Positions 37,560 through 52,386 of a stretch of 64,000 nucleotides of DNA are shown one piece after another (the first letter of the stretch is position 1; every line of letters starts with the position of its first letter). The stretch is from Azolla caroliniana. Taxonomy: Eukaryota > Plantae > Polypodiophyta. The position numbers were made by a program, and so were the translations under genes. Under the pieces are notes generated by a model that saw only the letters and a program-made list of their open reading frames with translations, was not told the origin of the DNA and searched no databases. The DNA lies in assembly GCA_043228905.1 (NCBI GenBank), contig JBHGNT010000011.1:5022001-5086000 (forward strand). Direction: 5' to 3'.

Positions 37560-40500
37560 CTCCACTTAGGCTAAACTAGTAGCGGTAAGGTCGGTGTGTA
37601 GCCTAATTTAGTTGATCTTCTGGATTGTGTGTTGTCCAGGTTCACATGGGAGTCAATCAGGTCGACTTGTTCAGATCAATTTACCTCTGATTCGACTCAT
37701 TTGCTCGAATCGACTCATTTCTGATTCCGACTCTTGGTCTTCAGTTGATCTGCATCCATTACGAGCTCCTGGATATGATTAAACCACACCTCAATGTGTC
37801 TCTTCTTCACGTGACGGACTGGATTTTGAATAAGGTGTATTGCACTTTGAGAGTCACAATAGATAGTCAGCATTGGATGGTCTATTCGTCTTGTCACTGA
37901 GAAGTTGGTGTAGTTAGATGGCTTCCTTCGCTACCTCTAATGCTACTATGTACTCAAGCTCTATGGTAGACAAGATTATGCACTCTTGAAGCTTCAACCT
38001 CCATGATATAGCACCACCACCATAGGTGAAAAGATAGCATGATGTCGACTTCTGATTATCCGTAGTTTTGGCATAGTCAGAGTCGGTATAGCCTTCGACT
38101 TTGGTCAGATTGGTCGTTCTAAAAGTTAGTTGTGCATCCTTGGTTCTTCTTAGATACTTAAATATGTGCTTGATGGCCTCCCGATGATTTTGTCCTCGGT
38201 TCGACATGTATCGGCTGACAACCCCTACGGTATAGGCAAGGTCGGGTCAAGTCACCACCATTTTGTACATGATACTTCCTACGGCAGATGCATAGGGTAA
38301 CTTTCCATTCAGCTTTCTCTCCTCATCTGTTGAAGGAGAGTCTCTATCCAATAGTCTAATCGATGTCAATAGCAGAGTTGATGTTGGCTTCACATTCTCC
38401 ATGTTGAAGCTCTTCAACACCTTATGAATGTAGTTGGACTACGAGAGCCGGACATTCATTGTCCTCAGATTTCACTCAATCCTCATGCCTAGTATATGTC
38501 GGGTTTGTCCGAATTCCTTCATCATAAATTTTTCATGAAGGCTCCACTTTAGTTCTCTGATCTCTGCTCAATTGCTCCCTGCAATGAGTATGTCGTTGAA
38601 ATATAGGATCAGATAGATCTTGAACCTGTTGGCAAACAACCAAATATACATACATGGGTTGGAGTCAAACCTGTGGTAAACAAGCTGCCAAATGTAGGTA
38701 TCGAACTTCTGATACCACATTCTCGATGCTTTTCTTAAGCCAACCTGTGGTAAACAAGCTGCCAAATGTAGGTATCGAACTTCTGATACCACATTCTCGA
38801 TGCTTTTCTTAAGCCATAAAAGCTTTTGTTCAATTGATATATGAGGTAACCTTCCTCCTTTGTCTCTGTGAATCTTGACGGATGAGACATATGGATGTCT
38901 CCTTCCAAGTCTTGACGTCTAACTTCGTCTTGACGTCTAACTTCTCAAGCTCTAGGCCTTCCGTCGCCACGACCCCAAGTAATCTAGACTACTAGTGAGA
39001 ATATCACCTCATAATCGACCCCATGTTCTTGTTTGAATCCATTTGCAATGAGATGAGCTTTGTATTTGGGCTTCTTTGAATCAAATACATATTTGTATCG
39101 GAAGACCCATTTGCAAGGCACCGGCGTCCTTCTAGCTGGTAATTTGATCAGCTCCCATGTTTTGATTCTAATGAATCGAGTCCATCTCAAATTTTATGGC
39201 TTGTAGCCATGTGTCGGCATTTGGTGCAGTTATAGCTTCCTTGAAAGAGCTTGGTTAGACTACATCCGTGTAATTGACATAGTTGAGGCCCGATTGATAG
39301 AACTCTGTTGACCTTCAAACTTGTTTGGATCTCCTGGGTGCCAACTTGGTTGGTTCGGATCCTTTGATCAACAATGTTGGATGATCGCCATTACTTAAAC
39401 TTTGTTCAAGAGTTCTTCAAGATGATCTGCTCCTGCAATTGGAGTTCATTGTTGTTAGATCATCCCCCCCTTCTTTCGGATCAATTGTTAGAGGGATTTG
39501 TGCCCTGGCCATTTCGGCTCGGCTTTTCAGTACCTTAGCATGTTTGGGTGATTTTATAATTTCGACTCTATCTATTTCACCTCTTGACGATGTCTTAGAT
39601 GAATTCAAGAGTTGACATCTTGGCTATTCAAATTCGACAGGGGGTTCACTTGCTTGGTCTTCTTTGACTATTTATCGAATTGCCAATACAGCTTGATGGG
39701 TCAGTCCTTCTACGACATCTCTGTCGATGTCGAAGGAGACCTTTTTACCGACCCTTTTTGGTTGATTTCGTTCAGAGAGAATCGATTCTTCATTGAAGAC
39801 TACGTCACTACTCCAGATCAATTTCCGATTCTCTGGATCTTATAGTCGATAGCCAAAGTCCCCATTGGTTCCATAACTGATAAATATACAATTAAGTGCA
39901 TGGGGTGCCAGCTTGTTCCTCGTATCCCTAGGGATGAATGCATAGGTTTCACATCCGAATATATGGAGCCTATCGTAGGTCGGTTTTTTGCCAAACCATA
40001 GTGCTTGTGGCACTTCCAACCGTATTGCTCTTGATGGCAACAGATTTATCATATATATTGTCATCTGCAATGCTTCAACCCAAAATTCCAGTGTTAGTCC
40101 GGAATGTTGGAGCATTGTTGTCACCCTCTCTTGGATCGTTCCGTTGATCCATTCCGCCACGCCATTCTGCATGGGTATATTTGGAATAGTCTTCTAGTGT
40201 TGGATCCCTTTGTTGGATAGGTATTATTTAAAGGCTCGGGAGGTGTATTCACCTACGTTGTTGGACCGAAGTGTCTTCACTCAGCGTCCTGATCATTTTC
40301 CACTTTGGCTAACCACCAAGAGAAGACGTTGAGCACTTCATCTTTGGACTTAATCGAATAAGCCCAAACCTTCCATGTACAATCATCTACGAATGTGATG
40401 AAGTACTAGGAGGCTCTTAATGACCTTTTGGGTATCGGCCCACATATATATGGATGGACTAGTTGTAGGGGTTGTCGTACTATCTTGGAATGGAGAGAGT
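37560..40500 (-). mobile_element. Copia family C INT-RT-RNaseH remnant
   Basis: QNGVAE..N.TIQE (40172), CKWVFRYK..YKAHL, GYTDSDYA, GGAISW, IYCDSQSAIHL. Confidence 0.85.
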
Positions 40501-43500
40501 GCGGAGTTCAGGTTTGTTTCCCGGAATGACAATGCTCGCCATAACGGGTTAACCGAAAGGATGAACCAGACCATCATGGAGAGAGTCTGATATATGTTGT
40601 CACATGCGAAGCTGCCGAAGATATATTGAGCTGAGGCACTGATAACAACTGCTTACATTATAAACAGGTCTCCCTCGGTACCACTCCAAGGTGACATACC
40701 ACATTTAAGGGTTTGGTTTGCATTAGAGGTGTCATACTAGCATCTAAGGGTGTTCAGTTGCTTGTATCTGCATATAGATAAGGAGCAGAGGCGGAAACTT
40801 GATCCCAAGGTCTGATAGTGTTTGTTTCTCGGCTACAGAGTAGATGAGTTCGGCTATCGACTGTGGGACCTAATCGACAAGAAGGTGATTAGGAGCCGAG
40901 ATATCATCTTCATGTAAGAAAAGACAATTGTCGATTGGGAGATGAAGAAGATAGGGTCAGCTAACAATCGGCAACAGTTCGGTTCGGTTTCAGAGGGTCC
41001 AAACCGAACCGGTTTGGAACTGAGCCGTTTAAATTTTTTGAAACTTGAACCAAACCGTGAAACCGCTACACCGAATCGTTAAACTTTTTCAAACCGTTAA
41101 ACAATTAAACCGTAAAAACCGCGGTTTCGTGGTTCGGTTTTGGTTTTCAACATAGGTCAAATTTTTAATATCTCATTATTTAGAATTTTTAAGTTCCTAA
41201 AATGTGAGAATAAGGTGTAAAAATGAAAAGATTGTTTGAAAACAATTTTTTAAATTTTTAAAGTTTTTTTAAAACATATTTAAAAAATTAAATATTAAAA
41301 ACCGTTAAATTGTTAAAACCGTTGTTTTTTACTATTGAAACCTAACCAAACCGTTAAAAAAAACCTAAACCTGAACCGAACCGAACCATTGAAATCGTTA
41401 AGCCATTAAACCACGGTTTCGCGGTTTGGTTTGGTGCAAACTGAACAATTGCCGATTGTTAGGGTCAGCTTCCCAGTCCACCGAAAATAGGCCTCCAGCG
41501 ACCGAATTGAGCCGAGTTGATGATTGACTTAATCGAATAGAAGTTGATCCAACCGAAGTCGAATACGAACCAGTCGGCCGAGTAGATATTTAGTAAATTC
41601 GAGAGTCGACTGAGGACCAAGAGTAGCCAGTCGAAAGAAGACAGTCAGCCGAACGAGGATCTGAATCCGATTGGGATTAAGAACTAATAGTAGAGGTCGA
41701 ATAGGAACCAACTATTGCCAATAAAGGCATAAGATACCCTCTGAGAGAGAGAAGGCCCCCTCGTATATTTCCGGATAGAGAATATGTGTTGTTAACCGAT
41801 GAGGACAGCGGAAAAGCTTTGAGGAAGCAAAGAGGCATACCCACAGCCGAAAGTGGTTGAGTGCCATGCAAGACAAGATGGAATCCTTGCATGAGAACTA
41901 CATGTATGAACCGACAGAGCTTCTGAAAGAAAAGAAGGCACTCTGGAACAAATGGGTATAAAAATTGAAGCCGGGAGAAAGTAGGAATCCACAGAAATAC
42001 AAAGCCCAAATCATTGTGAAAGGTTTTCAACAGAAGAAGGGTGTGGATTTCGACGAAGTATTTGCCCAAGTAGTGAAGATGGCATCCATCCGAATGGTGC
42101 TGAGCATAGCAGCTAGCATGGACTTAGTAGTTAAACAACAACAGAAGAAGGGTGTGGATTTCAACGAAGTATTTGCCCCGGACAGTGTTGAGCATAGTAG
42201 CTAGCATGGACTTAGAAGACAACTTTCCTGCATGGAGATTTGGAGGAAGAAATCTACATACAGCAACCGGAAGGCTTTGTGGAGAAAGGAAAGCAAAATT
42301 GGGTGTGTCAAGCAGAAAGGCTTTGTGGAGAAAGGTTGTACAAGCTGAAGGAAGCACCCCGACAATGGTACCGAAAATTCAAGTCCTTCATGATAGATCA
42401 TGAGTTCCATAAGATGCAAGTTGATCACTGTGTCTTTGTTAAGAAATATGATGAAGGAGGCTTTCTCATCCTCCTGTTGTATGTTGATGAGAAAGTCTTT
42501 GGGCGAATCTTTTTCAATGACGGATATAGGTCCGGCAAAGCAGATTCTGGGGATGCACATTGTTCGGGATCAGACAAATAAGTTGTCGTGGTTGTCATAG
42601 GAGAAATATGTGACGAAGGTGCTCCAAAGATTTAATATGCATGGCACAAAGCTGGTTGGCTCGACACTACAGACAAACTGCAAGCTAAAGAGAGGCCAAT
42701 GTCCAAAGACGAAGACAGCGAAGGTTGAGATGATGAAGGTCCCCTATGCCTCAACAGTTGGAAGTCTGATGTACACGATGGTATGTACAAGGCTTGACAT
42801 TGGATATGCGGTCGGAGTCGTCAGCCGATACATGAACAATCTGGGCAGTGGATACTTCGGTAGCTAAGAGGCACTTCGAGCGTGTGCCTCCAATTCCGCT
42901 CAGGTAACCCCATATTAGAAGGTTTCACTGATTCAGACATGTTGGCTGATGAGGATACCAGCCGGTCCATGTCCGGATACGTAATGACTTATGCAAGGGG
43001 AACCGTCTCATGGTACTCGAGACTAAAGAAGGTCATGGTATTGTCGACCAAGGAAGCTCAATACATGGTTATAGTAGAAGTCAGCAAGGAAATTATTTGG
43101 ATGAAGGAATTCATCGGAGAGTTAGGGATTCAAGAAGAAGAATTCAGACTCTACTACAACAACCAAAGTACCATCCACCTTGCGAAGAATGTCGCATACC
43201 ACTCAAGGACCAAGATCATCCACAAGAGATACCATTGGCTCTGGGAGAGTGTAGAAGAGATGGATTTTTCTCTAATGAAGATCCACATAGCAGAAAACGG
43301 ACCTAACATGTTGATGAAGATCCACTCGGTAGAGAAGCTTGCCGCGTGCAGAAAATGGGTCAGATTGACAAAGCACCCCATGCCGGAGTGAAGGGGGAAT
43401 TTGTTAGGAGATAGGTCCCTCCGGATGGGAAGGAGAACGCGAGCCAAAGAGAAGAGAAATCTTAATCGTTCAACAACGACTCGGCCGAGGCCGAAAATCT

Positions 43501-43945
43501 TCTAATAATCGATTTGGCTAATAGCCCAATTGGTGGAAGCCGACTCAAGGCTATAATTGTAAATAGCCTCAATGTGCCCTTAGTGGGATATATTTGTAAA
43601 TAGCTGTGTATATATTTATAAATATAGTTAGGGAGGATGATCATTATTATTGTAAGAAGTTATAGTGTGTAGTTGCCTATGTAACTAGTGTGTGAGAGTG
43701 AGAGAGTGTGTGAGTAACATTATAGCCGTTTGTGGACGAAGAAGAGCTCAAGGTCATTGCCTTGAAGCTTCTTGTTGTATTACTTCCACCATAGTGATTC
43801 GTTTTGAGGTTTGTGAACTCCCGTGGTTTTATCCCTTTTAGGGTTTTCCACGTTAACATCTTGTTTCATTGTTTGTGTCATTTTTCTGTTTTGGTTGGTC
43901 TCTTCTTGCCTTTGCATTTTACATGCTATCCAATTGTGGTTGGTC
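40500..43945 (+). mobile_element. Copia family A 3' half (INT-RT-RNaseH-PPT-LTR)
   Basis: ERMNQTIME at ~40555, KGFQQKKGVDFDEVFA, RNase H ORF 42882-43391. PPT GAAGGGGGAAT, then an LTR from 43402. Confidence 0.85.
40962..41461. mobile_element. hAT-type MITE, 500 bp
   Basis: Perfect 13-bp TIR TAACAATCGGCAA, 8-bp TSD GGGTCAGC (40954-40961, 41462-41469), many subterminal AAACCG/CGGTTT motifs. Confidence 0.92.
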
Positions 43946-43959
43946 TCTCATATATAACA

Positions 43960-46357
43960 TAATCCGATGGATGCGAGCACCTCGAAACAAAAAGAGGTGT
44001 GGTACATCGACTCTAGAGTTTCTAATTACATGACTAACCACGAAGAATGGTTCTCAAGTTTGGAGAAGTTGGAGCAGTGGGGATATATCGAGACCAACGA
44101 CCACACAATCCACCCCATCAAGTATATCAACGATGTCACTATGAGCCATGTTGGTCAAAGAGGTTGCATGAGGAATTTCTTGCATGTGACAACAATCTCC
44201 AAGCACTTGTTGTCGCCCAGATAGATTGTTGACCAGGTCATGCAAGTTTCATTCAATCACCATGTCTTCTTCATCGAGGACTAAGGCCATGTAATCGAGC
44301 AGGGGCACAGAGAAAGGAGGATGTTTATCCTCGATACAAGTGATGTTGGTGCCGCAATGTTTGCGAAGCGACATAAGGTTGAATCAAATTGCATCCTGTG
44401 GCACAAGTGGATCGGTCACATCAACTTTCCAAGGCTTCAATATATGCAGTCTTCCCAAAGTTTAGTGGCCTGAAGCACCAAATCTGTGAAGCATGCAAAC
44501 TTGGAAATCAACATCTGCTTCCTTTCCCCAACAAACGTAATCGGAGCCAAAATAAGCTCGATCTAATCCATTTGGATGTATGGGGACCAGCACTGAATGT
44601 GAGCATAGGTTGGAGATAATATATTGGTCTCCTTCATTGATGACTTCACACGGCACACTTGGGTCTTCATAATTTAGAAGAAAGGCGAAGTCTTCCCTTG
44701 TTTCCTAAAGCTCAAAAGCCTAATTGAAAGGGAGACCGAAAGAAAGATGAATTGTTTGAGGTCCGTTGGTAGAAAATAGTACTTTTTCTGCAAAAGGAAG
44801 GAATTCAGAGAGATTTCTCCTACAGATGTACACCGCAACAAAACGACATAGCTGAAAGGAAGAATTGGACGATTTTTGAAGTGCCAAGGCCAATGCTTGA
44901 AGAGAAGCATATGCCGAAGGCTTATTACGCTGAAGTGGTTTGGATGGTCGTGTATTTTCTAAATCTGACATTGGCAAGTGGAGTGCAAGTATCTCCACAT
45001 GAGCTATATTTCGGACGTAAGACGAATTTGGCAAACTTATGAGTGTTTGGTAGCACAACGCATTCGTGCATGTGTTAGATGAGACACAGAGGAAGTTAGA
45101 TTGAACAGCTGAAAAGTGCATATTTGAATTTTATTCGGATGAAGAGAAGGGTTACAAGTGCTAAAACCCCCGAACCAAAGAGGTGTGAGTAAGCCGAGAC
45201 ATTGTTTTTGATGAATCGGCTTTGTGGTATCAACCTCTGCCTAATCCTACCTCTATGAATTCTAAGCCGAACTCAGAAGATAAGGCAAGTGTAGTGGGCT
45301 CATTTGACAAGGAAATCAGCACTCACGAAGAGGGTCCGATTTCATTTCGGCTAAGTGGGCCGATTGAGGAGCAAAGTCGAAATGACCCACCAGCGAGTGA
45401 TGAGGAATTGGTCATCCTATCCTTGAAGAAGCTGACACGCCACGAGAAAGGAAAGAAGAAAATGTCTGGATACGGAAACTGACGATGTGTTAAGCAATGA
45501 CGGTGGACTTGTTGAGATGAGGTCAGCTTTGGCCACGAGGGCCATGAAATTGGCCAACAAGGAGTTGCGTCGATCGACACGCCACGAGTACCCAGTAACC
45601 CAATACATGTAAAATGAATATATGGCGCATCATTATGCATTCATGATGAAGGTAGCATCAGTTCGTGAGCCGGAGAGCTTTGTGGAGAAATCACAATATG
45701 CCAAGTGGCAAGAGGCCATGGAGGAAGAAATGCAAGCGATAGCCGACAAGCAAACATGGGATCTGGTTGACCCTCCCCAACACTACAAGCTGATTGGATG
45801 TAAATGGGTATAAAAGGTAAACTACAATGCTAATGACTCGGTCAACCGGTACAAGGCCTAATTGGTGGCCAAGGGATATGCCCAAACCAAAGGATGATGA
45901 CCAACTATGTGGTTCTGGTGGTGGCAGGAGCAAAGGGATGGAGTCTCCACCAGATGGACGTGAAGAATGCATTCCATCAAGGCAATCTTAAGGAACATGT
46001 ATATATGGTCCAACCCCCTGCATTTAGCTCCGAGATGAACAAGTCGGAGTGTTTTGGGTGAAGAAGTCGCTTTACGGTCTCAAGCAAGCCCCAAGAGCTT
46101 GAAACTCTAAAATCACACAGCGTTTACATAAGATGGAGTTTGAGGTCCCAAAGTCTGACTCATCGTTGTTCATCCGAAAAGGTCATGCAAGTCCAATTTG
46201 CATTTTGTTGTACATGGATAACATGGTCATCACGGGTGCCGACCTTGCCGAAATCGGCCATGTCAAATCCCAATTGTCAGACATATTCAAAATGAAGGAC
46301 TTGGGGGACCTCCATTACTTCCTCGGCATGGAAGTGATACATAGCCCTGATGGAATA
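43960..46357 (+). mobile_element. Copia family B PR-INT-RT remnant (continues briefly at 51227-51350)
   Basis: WYIDSRVSNYMT, HLDVWGP, LIGCKWV, LLYMDN..MKDLGDLHYFLG. The reading frame resumes after the family C insertion. Confidence 0.85.
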
Positions 46358-48095
46358 TGTTGGCATAAAAGGCCAACGCCTTCTAATTTGTATCTTAGTG
46401 TGAACACATCCAAATATTTAGGTCTTAGTATATAAGCAATTATAGAGCTTCTTGATCATTCTTGTATGATGAGTCTCTGAGAGAGAGATAGAACGAATGC
46501 AATAACAAAGCGTCCATTAAATCTTAAACCGTGTCTATCCTCTGTGGTATCTTCTTGCCTCCACTCTGTGTATAGTTTGTTGAACACATACAACAGGTTC
46601 TCACCCATACGTTTCCGCACATATTCAACTACAACAAGTGGTATCAGTCCGACTTGCGGTTCGGCAGCAACAAACAACAGAAAAGCTGAAAGGACAAAGA
46701 CCAGGTCCAAAAAATCTCACTTTCGAAGAAGAACATGGCTTCCGAAACACGGCTTGAAATCAGAAAATTCGATGGCCAAAAATTTTCCTTATGGAAGGAG
46801 ATGATGCAGGATGTGCCGATCACTAGATTTCGTCAATCGAGAGAGCAAGCCGACATAACCGGTTGGAACACCAACCGATGGAAGACTAAGGAAGATTGAT
46901 AGCAGTCAAAGTCGAGAATGAATCGATCAGGTGAATTTTGCACACACTACAGAAAATCTAGCCACAATGTTTCTGACTGTTGGTCGATCAAGAGGAAAGA
47001 GAGTGGTCGGCAATCCAAGTGAAATCGAGGATGATCTGACTCAGACCACTCTCTTGTGGAAAACCAAATAAACGTTGCTGAAAACCGATCAGGAGAAATC
47101 CTCTCATTAGCGAATTCAATTATCAGAGAAGTCCTCTACAGTGCACAAGATGCACACACGTGGTTACTAGTTTCCGGTGCCACATTTCACGTGACCCCAA
47201 ACATCAAGCGATTTTCAAACTATTTGATCGGCGCCAACGGCACTGGCCCACTAGGCAATGGGCAGGACTGCAGAATAGCAAAAGTTGGCAAAGTACCAAT
47301 TCAACTGCCAAATGACAACACAATAATCCTACATCAAGTCTGACACGTACCCGATCTGAAAAAGGAGTTTGGTCTCCATCGGGATGCTAACTGAAGATGG
47401 GTATCGAACGACTCTAAGTGAGTTCGCATGGATGATCAGCCAAGGAAACCTAAAGATAGGAGGTGGGCACAAGTACAATAACTTGTACCCATTAATGGCG
47501 ATCAATCCAGAAGGGGCCGTGAATGTAGCCGAAAAGACCAACCCAAACATATGGCATGGCCGACTTGGTCATATGTCTAAAGCTGAACTTGATTGGCTAC
47601 ATTCCGAAACTCCAAGCAAAGAGGGACTTTTGCGAGCATTGTCGATATGGGAACTATACCCAAAGTCTGCACTCTCTCCACTACGAGACAATACAATAGC
47701 CCCTAGAGCTCGTGTCGTGCCAGAGCAATCACTAGGAGGCTCCTGGAACTTCATCACTTTTGTAGATGACTGTACATGGAAGGTCTAGGCCTATTTTATC
47801 AGGTCCAAAGATGAAGTGCTCGAGGTATTCTCTCGGTGGATAACTGAAGTGGAGAACCGATAAGGATATAGAGTGAAGACACTCTGATCCGACAATGGAG
47901 GAGAATACACCTTTCGAGCCGTCAAACAGTACCTGTCTGATAAAGGGATCCGGCATCAAAAGACCGTTCCATACACACCCATGCAAAATGGAATGGCAGA
48001 ACAGATCAACCAAACGATCCAGGAGAGGGCGACGACAATGCTCCAACAAGTTGGACTGAAGTTGGAGTTGTGGGCCAAAGCATTGCAGACGGCAG

Positions 48096-48605
48096 TGTTG
48101 CGATGTCAATCTCTCCGGATGGGATCCGATGATGAATGAAGAGGACCCGGTGAGAACCGGAAGAAAATACATATTTGTAAATATGTTTTTTGAGTAAGCA
48201 TAGTGAGGCTATATTTGTAAATAGCCCTAAGTTCATATCAGTATAAATATGACTTAGGGCAATCACTTTATTATGGTAGTTGTTGTCATGTAGTTGTGTG
48301 TGCATAACTGTTGTATAGAGAGTGATAGATAGAGAGAGAGAGAGAGGATATACAAAGAAATACTCTGTTCTAACTGTCACTTGGCGAAGAAACAGAGCTC
48401 AAGGTCATTGCCTCTGAGTCTTTGATTGTACCTTTCTCATATAGTGATAGTTTGGAGTCTGTGGGCTCCCGTGGTTTTTCCCTATTAGGGTTTTCCATGT
48501 AAACATCTTGTGTCATCTCGGACTTCCCATTTCTGTGTTCGATTCTCATCAAAGTGATTCAAGACTCAGTTGCGGCCAAGCAATATTCCGCACTATTTCC
48601 TATCA
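48096..48605 (+). mobile_element. Solo LTR, copia family A
   Basis: TG..CA ends, flanks GGCAG/GGTAG, colinear with LTR 33647-34137. Confidence 0.9.
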
Positions 48606-49923
48606 GGTAGTATATATTATCAATATGTTGTTGTCAAAAGCAATCAGGCTTGAAGTGCCATAGGCACTATGGTTAGGCAAATATCCGAACTACTATAGGC
48701 TTTGTGTATTCGGATGCGAAACTTACGGGTTCATCCCTAGGGAGAAAAGGAGCAAGCTGGCACCCCATGCAACAAAGTGCATGTTTCTCGGTTATGGAAC
48801 CGATGGGGAATTTGGCTACAGGCTATGGGACCCAGAGAGTCGAAAATTGATCCAAAGCAGTGACGTTGTCTTCAATGAAGACTCCATCATCTCTTAGCGG
48901 AACCAGTTGGTAAAAAGGTATCCTTTGAAGGAGACAGAGCTATCGTAGAAGGACTCACCCACTAGGCTGACTCAGAGATTCGACAAACAGTCAAACTCAA
49001 ACAAGCCGACAATATATCTGCCGACTCCGAATCGGCAACATGTCCAATAGTTGAACTCAAAGATAGAGTCAAAAAAGACAAAGTCAAATCGACCACATTT
49101 GGGAATGATATAGTCAAAAGAGACAGAATCCAACCGACTGAAACATCATATATGGCTCAAATGAGACCCAAATCGATTGAGTACTCAAGGGAGAACAACA
49201 TGACACCGTTGAAATCTCATCATGAGGATGGGTTATCCAATAAGACTCCTGACACAAATGGTTGAGCAAATACCGATCAACCAACAGAGCCAATCAAAGG
49301 ATTTGAACCACTCATTTTGGCACCCAGGAGATAAGGACGAGCTCGAAGGAAGACAAAGTTCTATGAACCGGGCCTTGACTATGTCCATTACACCGATGCA
49401 GGCGAACCTAGCACATATGAAGAAGCTATGGTCACACCAAAAGTTTGACTCCTACATCATGCAACTTGGATACCGCCGATTAGACTCTGACCCATGCAAC
49501 TAGCTGACGAGTCTAGGATTTACCTAATCCTATATGTCAACAACATGTTGACTACAAGTAGCAATCAAACAAAAATAAGGAAGCTAAAGCGAAACCTTCA
49601 CGACAAGTTCGCGATGAAGGAACTCGGACAATCCTGTCACGTATTAGGCATGAGGATCGAGCGAAATCGGACAAAAAAGTTTCTTTGACTCTCCCAGTTC
49701 GACTACATTCGGAAGGTGCTAAAGCGCTTCAACATGGAGAATGTGAGGCCAGCACCAACATTGTTTCCGATGTCGATCCGACTATCGGACAAAGACTCTC
49801 CTTCAATGGACAAGCAGAGAGAGCTTAATGGGAAGATGCCCTACGCATCGGCCATAGGAGGTATCATGTACACAATGATGGCGACCTGACCCGACATAGC
49901 CTGCAGTAGGGGTGGTCAGTCGG

Positions 49924-50271
49924 TACATGTCAAACCCAGGAAGGAAGCATTGGGAGGCCGTCAAGCACATTCTTAGGTATCTAAAAGGAACTATGGATGC
50001 ACAACTGACTTTCGGTTTGACAACCTCAACTGAAGTCGAAGGCTACATTGACTCCGACTATGTCGGAAATATGGACAATCGAAAGTTGGCATCAAGCTAC
50101 ATGTCAAACCCAGGAGTGAAGCATTGGGAGGTTGTGAAGCACATCCTTAGGTATCTAAAAGGAACTATGGACGCACAACTGACTTTCGGTTTGACAACCT
50201 CAACTGAAGTTGAAGGCTACACTGACTCCGACTATGTCGGAAATACTGACAATTGAAAGTTGGCATCAGGC
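49924..50271 (+). repeat. 174-bp in-frame tandem duplication at the RT/RNase H junction
   Basis: YMSNPG.KHWE.VKHILRYLKGT..GY.DSDYVGN.DN repeated; anchors at 49924 and 50098. Confidence 0.95.
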
Positions 50272-51473
50272 TACATCTTCACCTATGGTGGTGGTGCAAT
50301 ATCATGGAGGTCGAAACTTCAAGAGTGCATGACTCTATTTACCACAAAGGCCCAGTACATAGCAGCATCGGATGCAGTGAAGGAAGCAATCTGGCTGCAC
50401 CGACTGTCTACCGACTTCTCAGCTACAAGCCGAATCGACCAACCAATGCCGACTTTCTATTGCGACTCACAGAGTGTAATTCACCTCATCAACAATCCTG
50501 TCTATCACGCAAAGACAAAGCATATTGAGGTGCGGTATCATCACATCCAGGAGCTCATAACCGAATAGAAATTTGAAGCCCGGAATATCGACACCGAGGT
50601 GAACATCGTCGATTGTCTAACAAAGCCACTCCCAGATCAACATTCAAGAGCACTGAAGAAAAAGATGGGACTACAACAAGCGACTGAGCAGAAGAAAGTT
50701 GAGCAAGGAGCAAGAGGTAAGTCGGAGATATGACAAAATTCGGACAAGATTCGGACAAGTCGATCCGAATGACTAACCAAATTAGGCTAGATACCAATTA
50801 TATCTATGCCAACCTGGCGACATGCCGAACGACTTGTAATTTCATAACTATACGTTAAAAGTGTAATCTAGGTTCACGGAGGAGATAACCCCATATAATT
50901 GTAATAAGAAAGAGTAATCCTTTTACAGGGGAGTTTGTTGCCATAAAAGGCAGAATCCTTTCAATTTGTATCTTAGTGTGAGCACGTCCAAATAATTTGG
51001 CCTTAGTATATAAGCAATAACCTAACGATGTAATAACAAAGCTTCTTGATCATTCTTGTATGATGATTCTCTATGAGAGAGATAGAATGAATGCAATAAC
51101 AGAGCTTCCATTAAAGCTTAAACCGTGTCTATCCTGTATTGTATCTTCTTGCCTCCACTATGTGTGTAGTTTGTTGAACACATACAACAGGTCCTCACAC
51201 ATACGTTCGCATATTCAACTACAATAGAATATTGTTGACCCAAAGACAATATGTGTTGAATATGATGTACAAGTTCAGTACTATGATAGATTGTCGATTT
51301 GTCACGGCTCCTCTCCCCCAAAATCAAAAGCTACTCCATGACTAGGGGCTTGTTGGCATAAAAGGACAACTCCTTCCAAATTGTATCCATAAGTCTGAAC
51401 ACATTCTCAAGTTAGGCCTTGACTATATCAGCCCAATTGTAACATTGTAAATAGAGATAGATAGATAGATAGA

Positions 51474-52384
51474 TTATATTATCGTCTTCGGAGGTCAAAT
51501 ATTCCTGTAAAGATTGGGCTCGGTCGAAGAGATGTGGAAAGCATGGTGGAATGTGATCAAAGGCAAAGCATTATATCAAACTGTGATACTCAGACTCACG
51601 AACTTCGTTAGAGCAAAGTGTGCATAGCCGACCACTCTCATCATTTGTGCCCCAACACCCTGTTTGACATCGCAATGCATGTGAGCTAAGTCGCATGGAA
51701 GCAATGGTTCGAATACCAGATAATGGTATGGTATCTAGCATGTATCGATATGTACGGTGTTGTTGGGGTGGGGGATGAAGCCTAGAATGGCTTCACCCCC
51801 CTCCCAAAGGGGTTACCATAGTGAGAGAGCTAGAGAAAAAGACAAATAGAAAATGACACAAATGTGAGAGGGGAAAAAAGGTATATCTCATTATATACCC
51901 CATAAGGGGTTTATATAATACATCCAATGTAACGGTTACATGACCATTATAAATAAGACCATTACACATTCTTGTACACATGCACATAATTGTGCATGTG
52001 TCCATACACATACTCATCCTCACACACTCATTTACTTTACACATACACATCAACCACATCATTACACATAACCTTACGCCTCCCCGTATATTCTTACGAG
52101 TAACATACGGTTTCCCCGTTCCGCAAAGAATATGGTTTTGTAGTTAGGTGGAACATGTGTAGTATAATCTGTGAAGCATGAGCCTCTACATTTGTCTCAT
52201 GTCATGATACATTGGCATTGCAAAAACGCCTCATTTATAGAGGAATCTAGTGATGCATCATGAAATAAGTGTCTCGCATCCCATCTACCAAACCATTTTT
52301 CTATATCTTGCATCCAACCAAAACACAAAATTTTGCTTTTATGCGTCTTTTGGATCTTTTTACTTGCTTCCCATGCAATTCTAG

Positions 52385-52386
<2 letters not shown>
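51474..52386 (-). mobile_element. Probable LINE 3' fragment within a family C LTR
   Basis: PRIAWEASKK..GWMQDIEKWF resembles the LINE post-RT region. Bounded by (GATA)n at 51455-51473 and (GA)n at 52387-52440, after which the LTR resumes. Confidence 0.55.

Larger units (their letters stand above)
46358..51226 (+). mobile_element. Copia family C element with both LTRs, TSD GAATA
   Basis: LTRs 46358-46636 and 50936-51226, TSD 46353-46357 and 51227-51231. PBS TGGTATCAGT at ~46639, PPT ACAGGGGAG. PR, INT, partly deleted RT and RNase H present. Confidence 0.9.
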
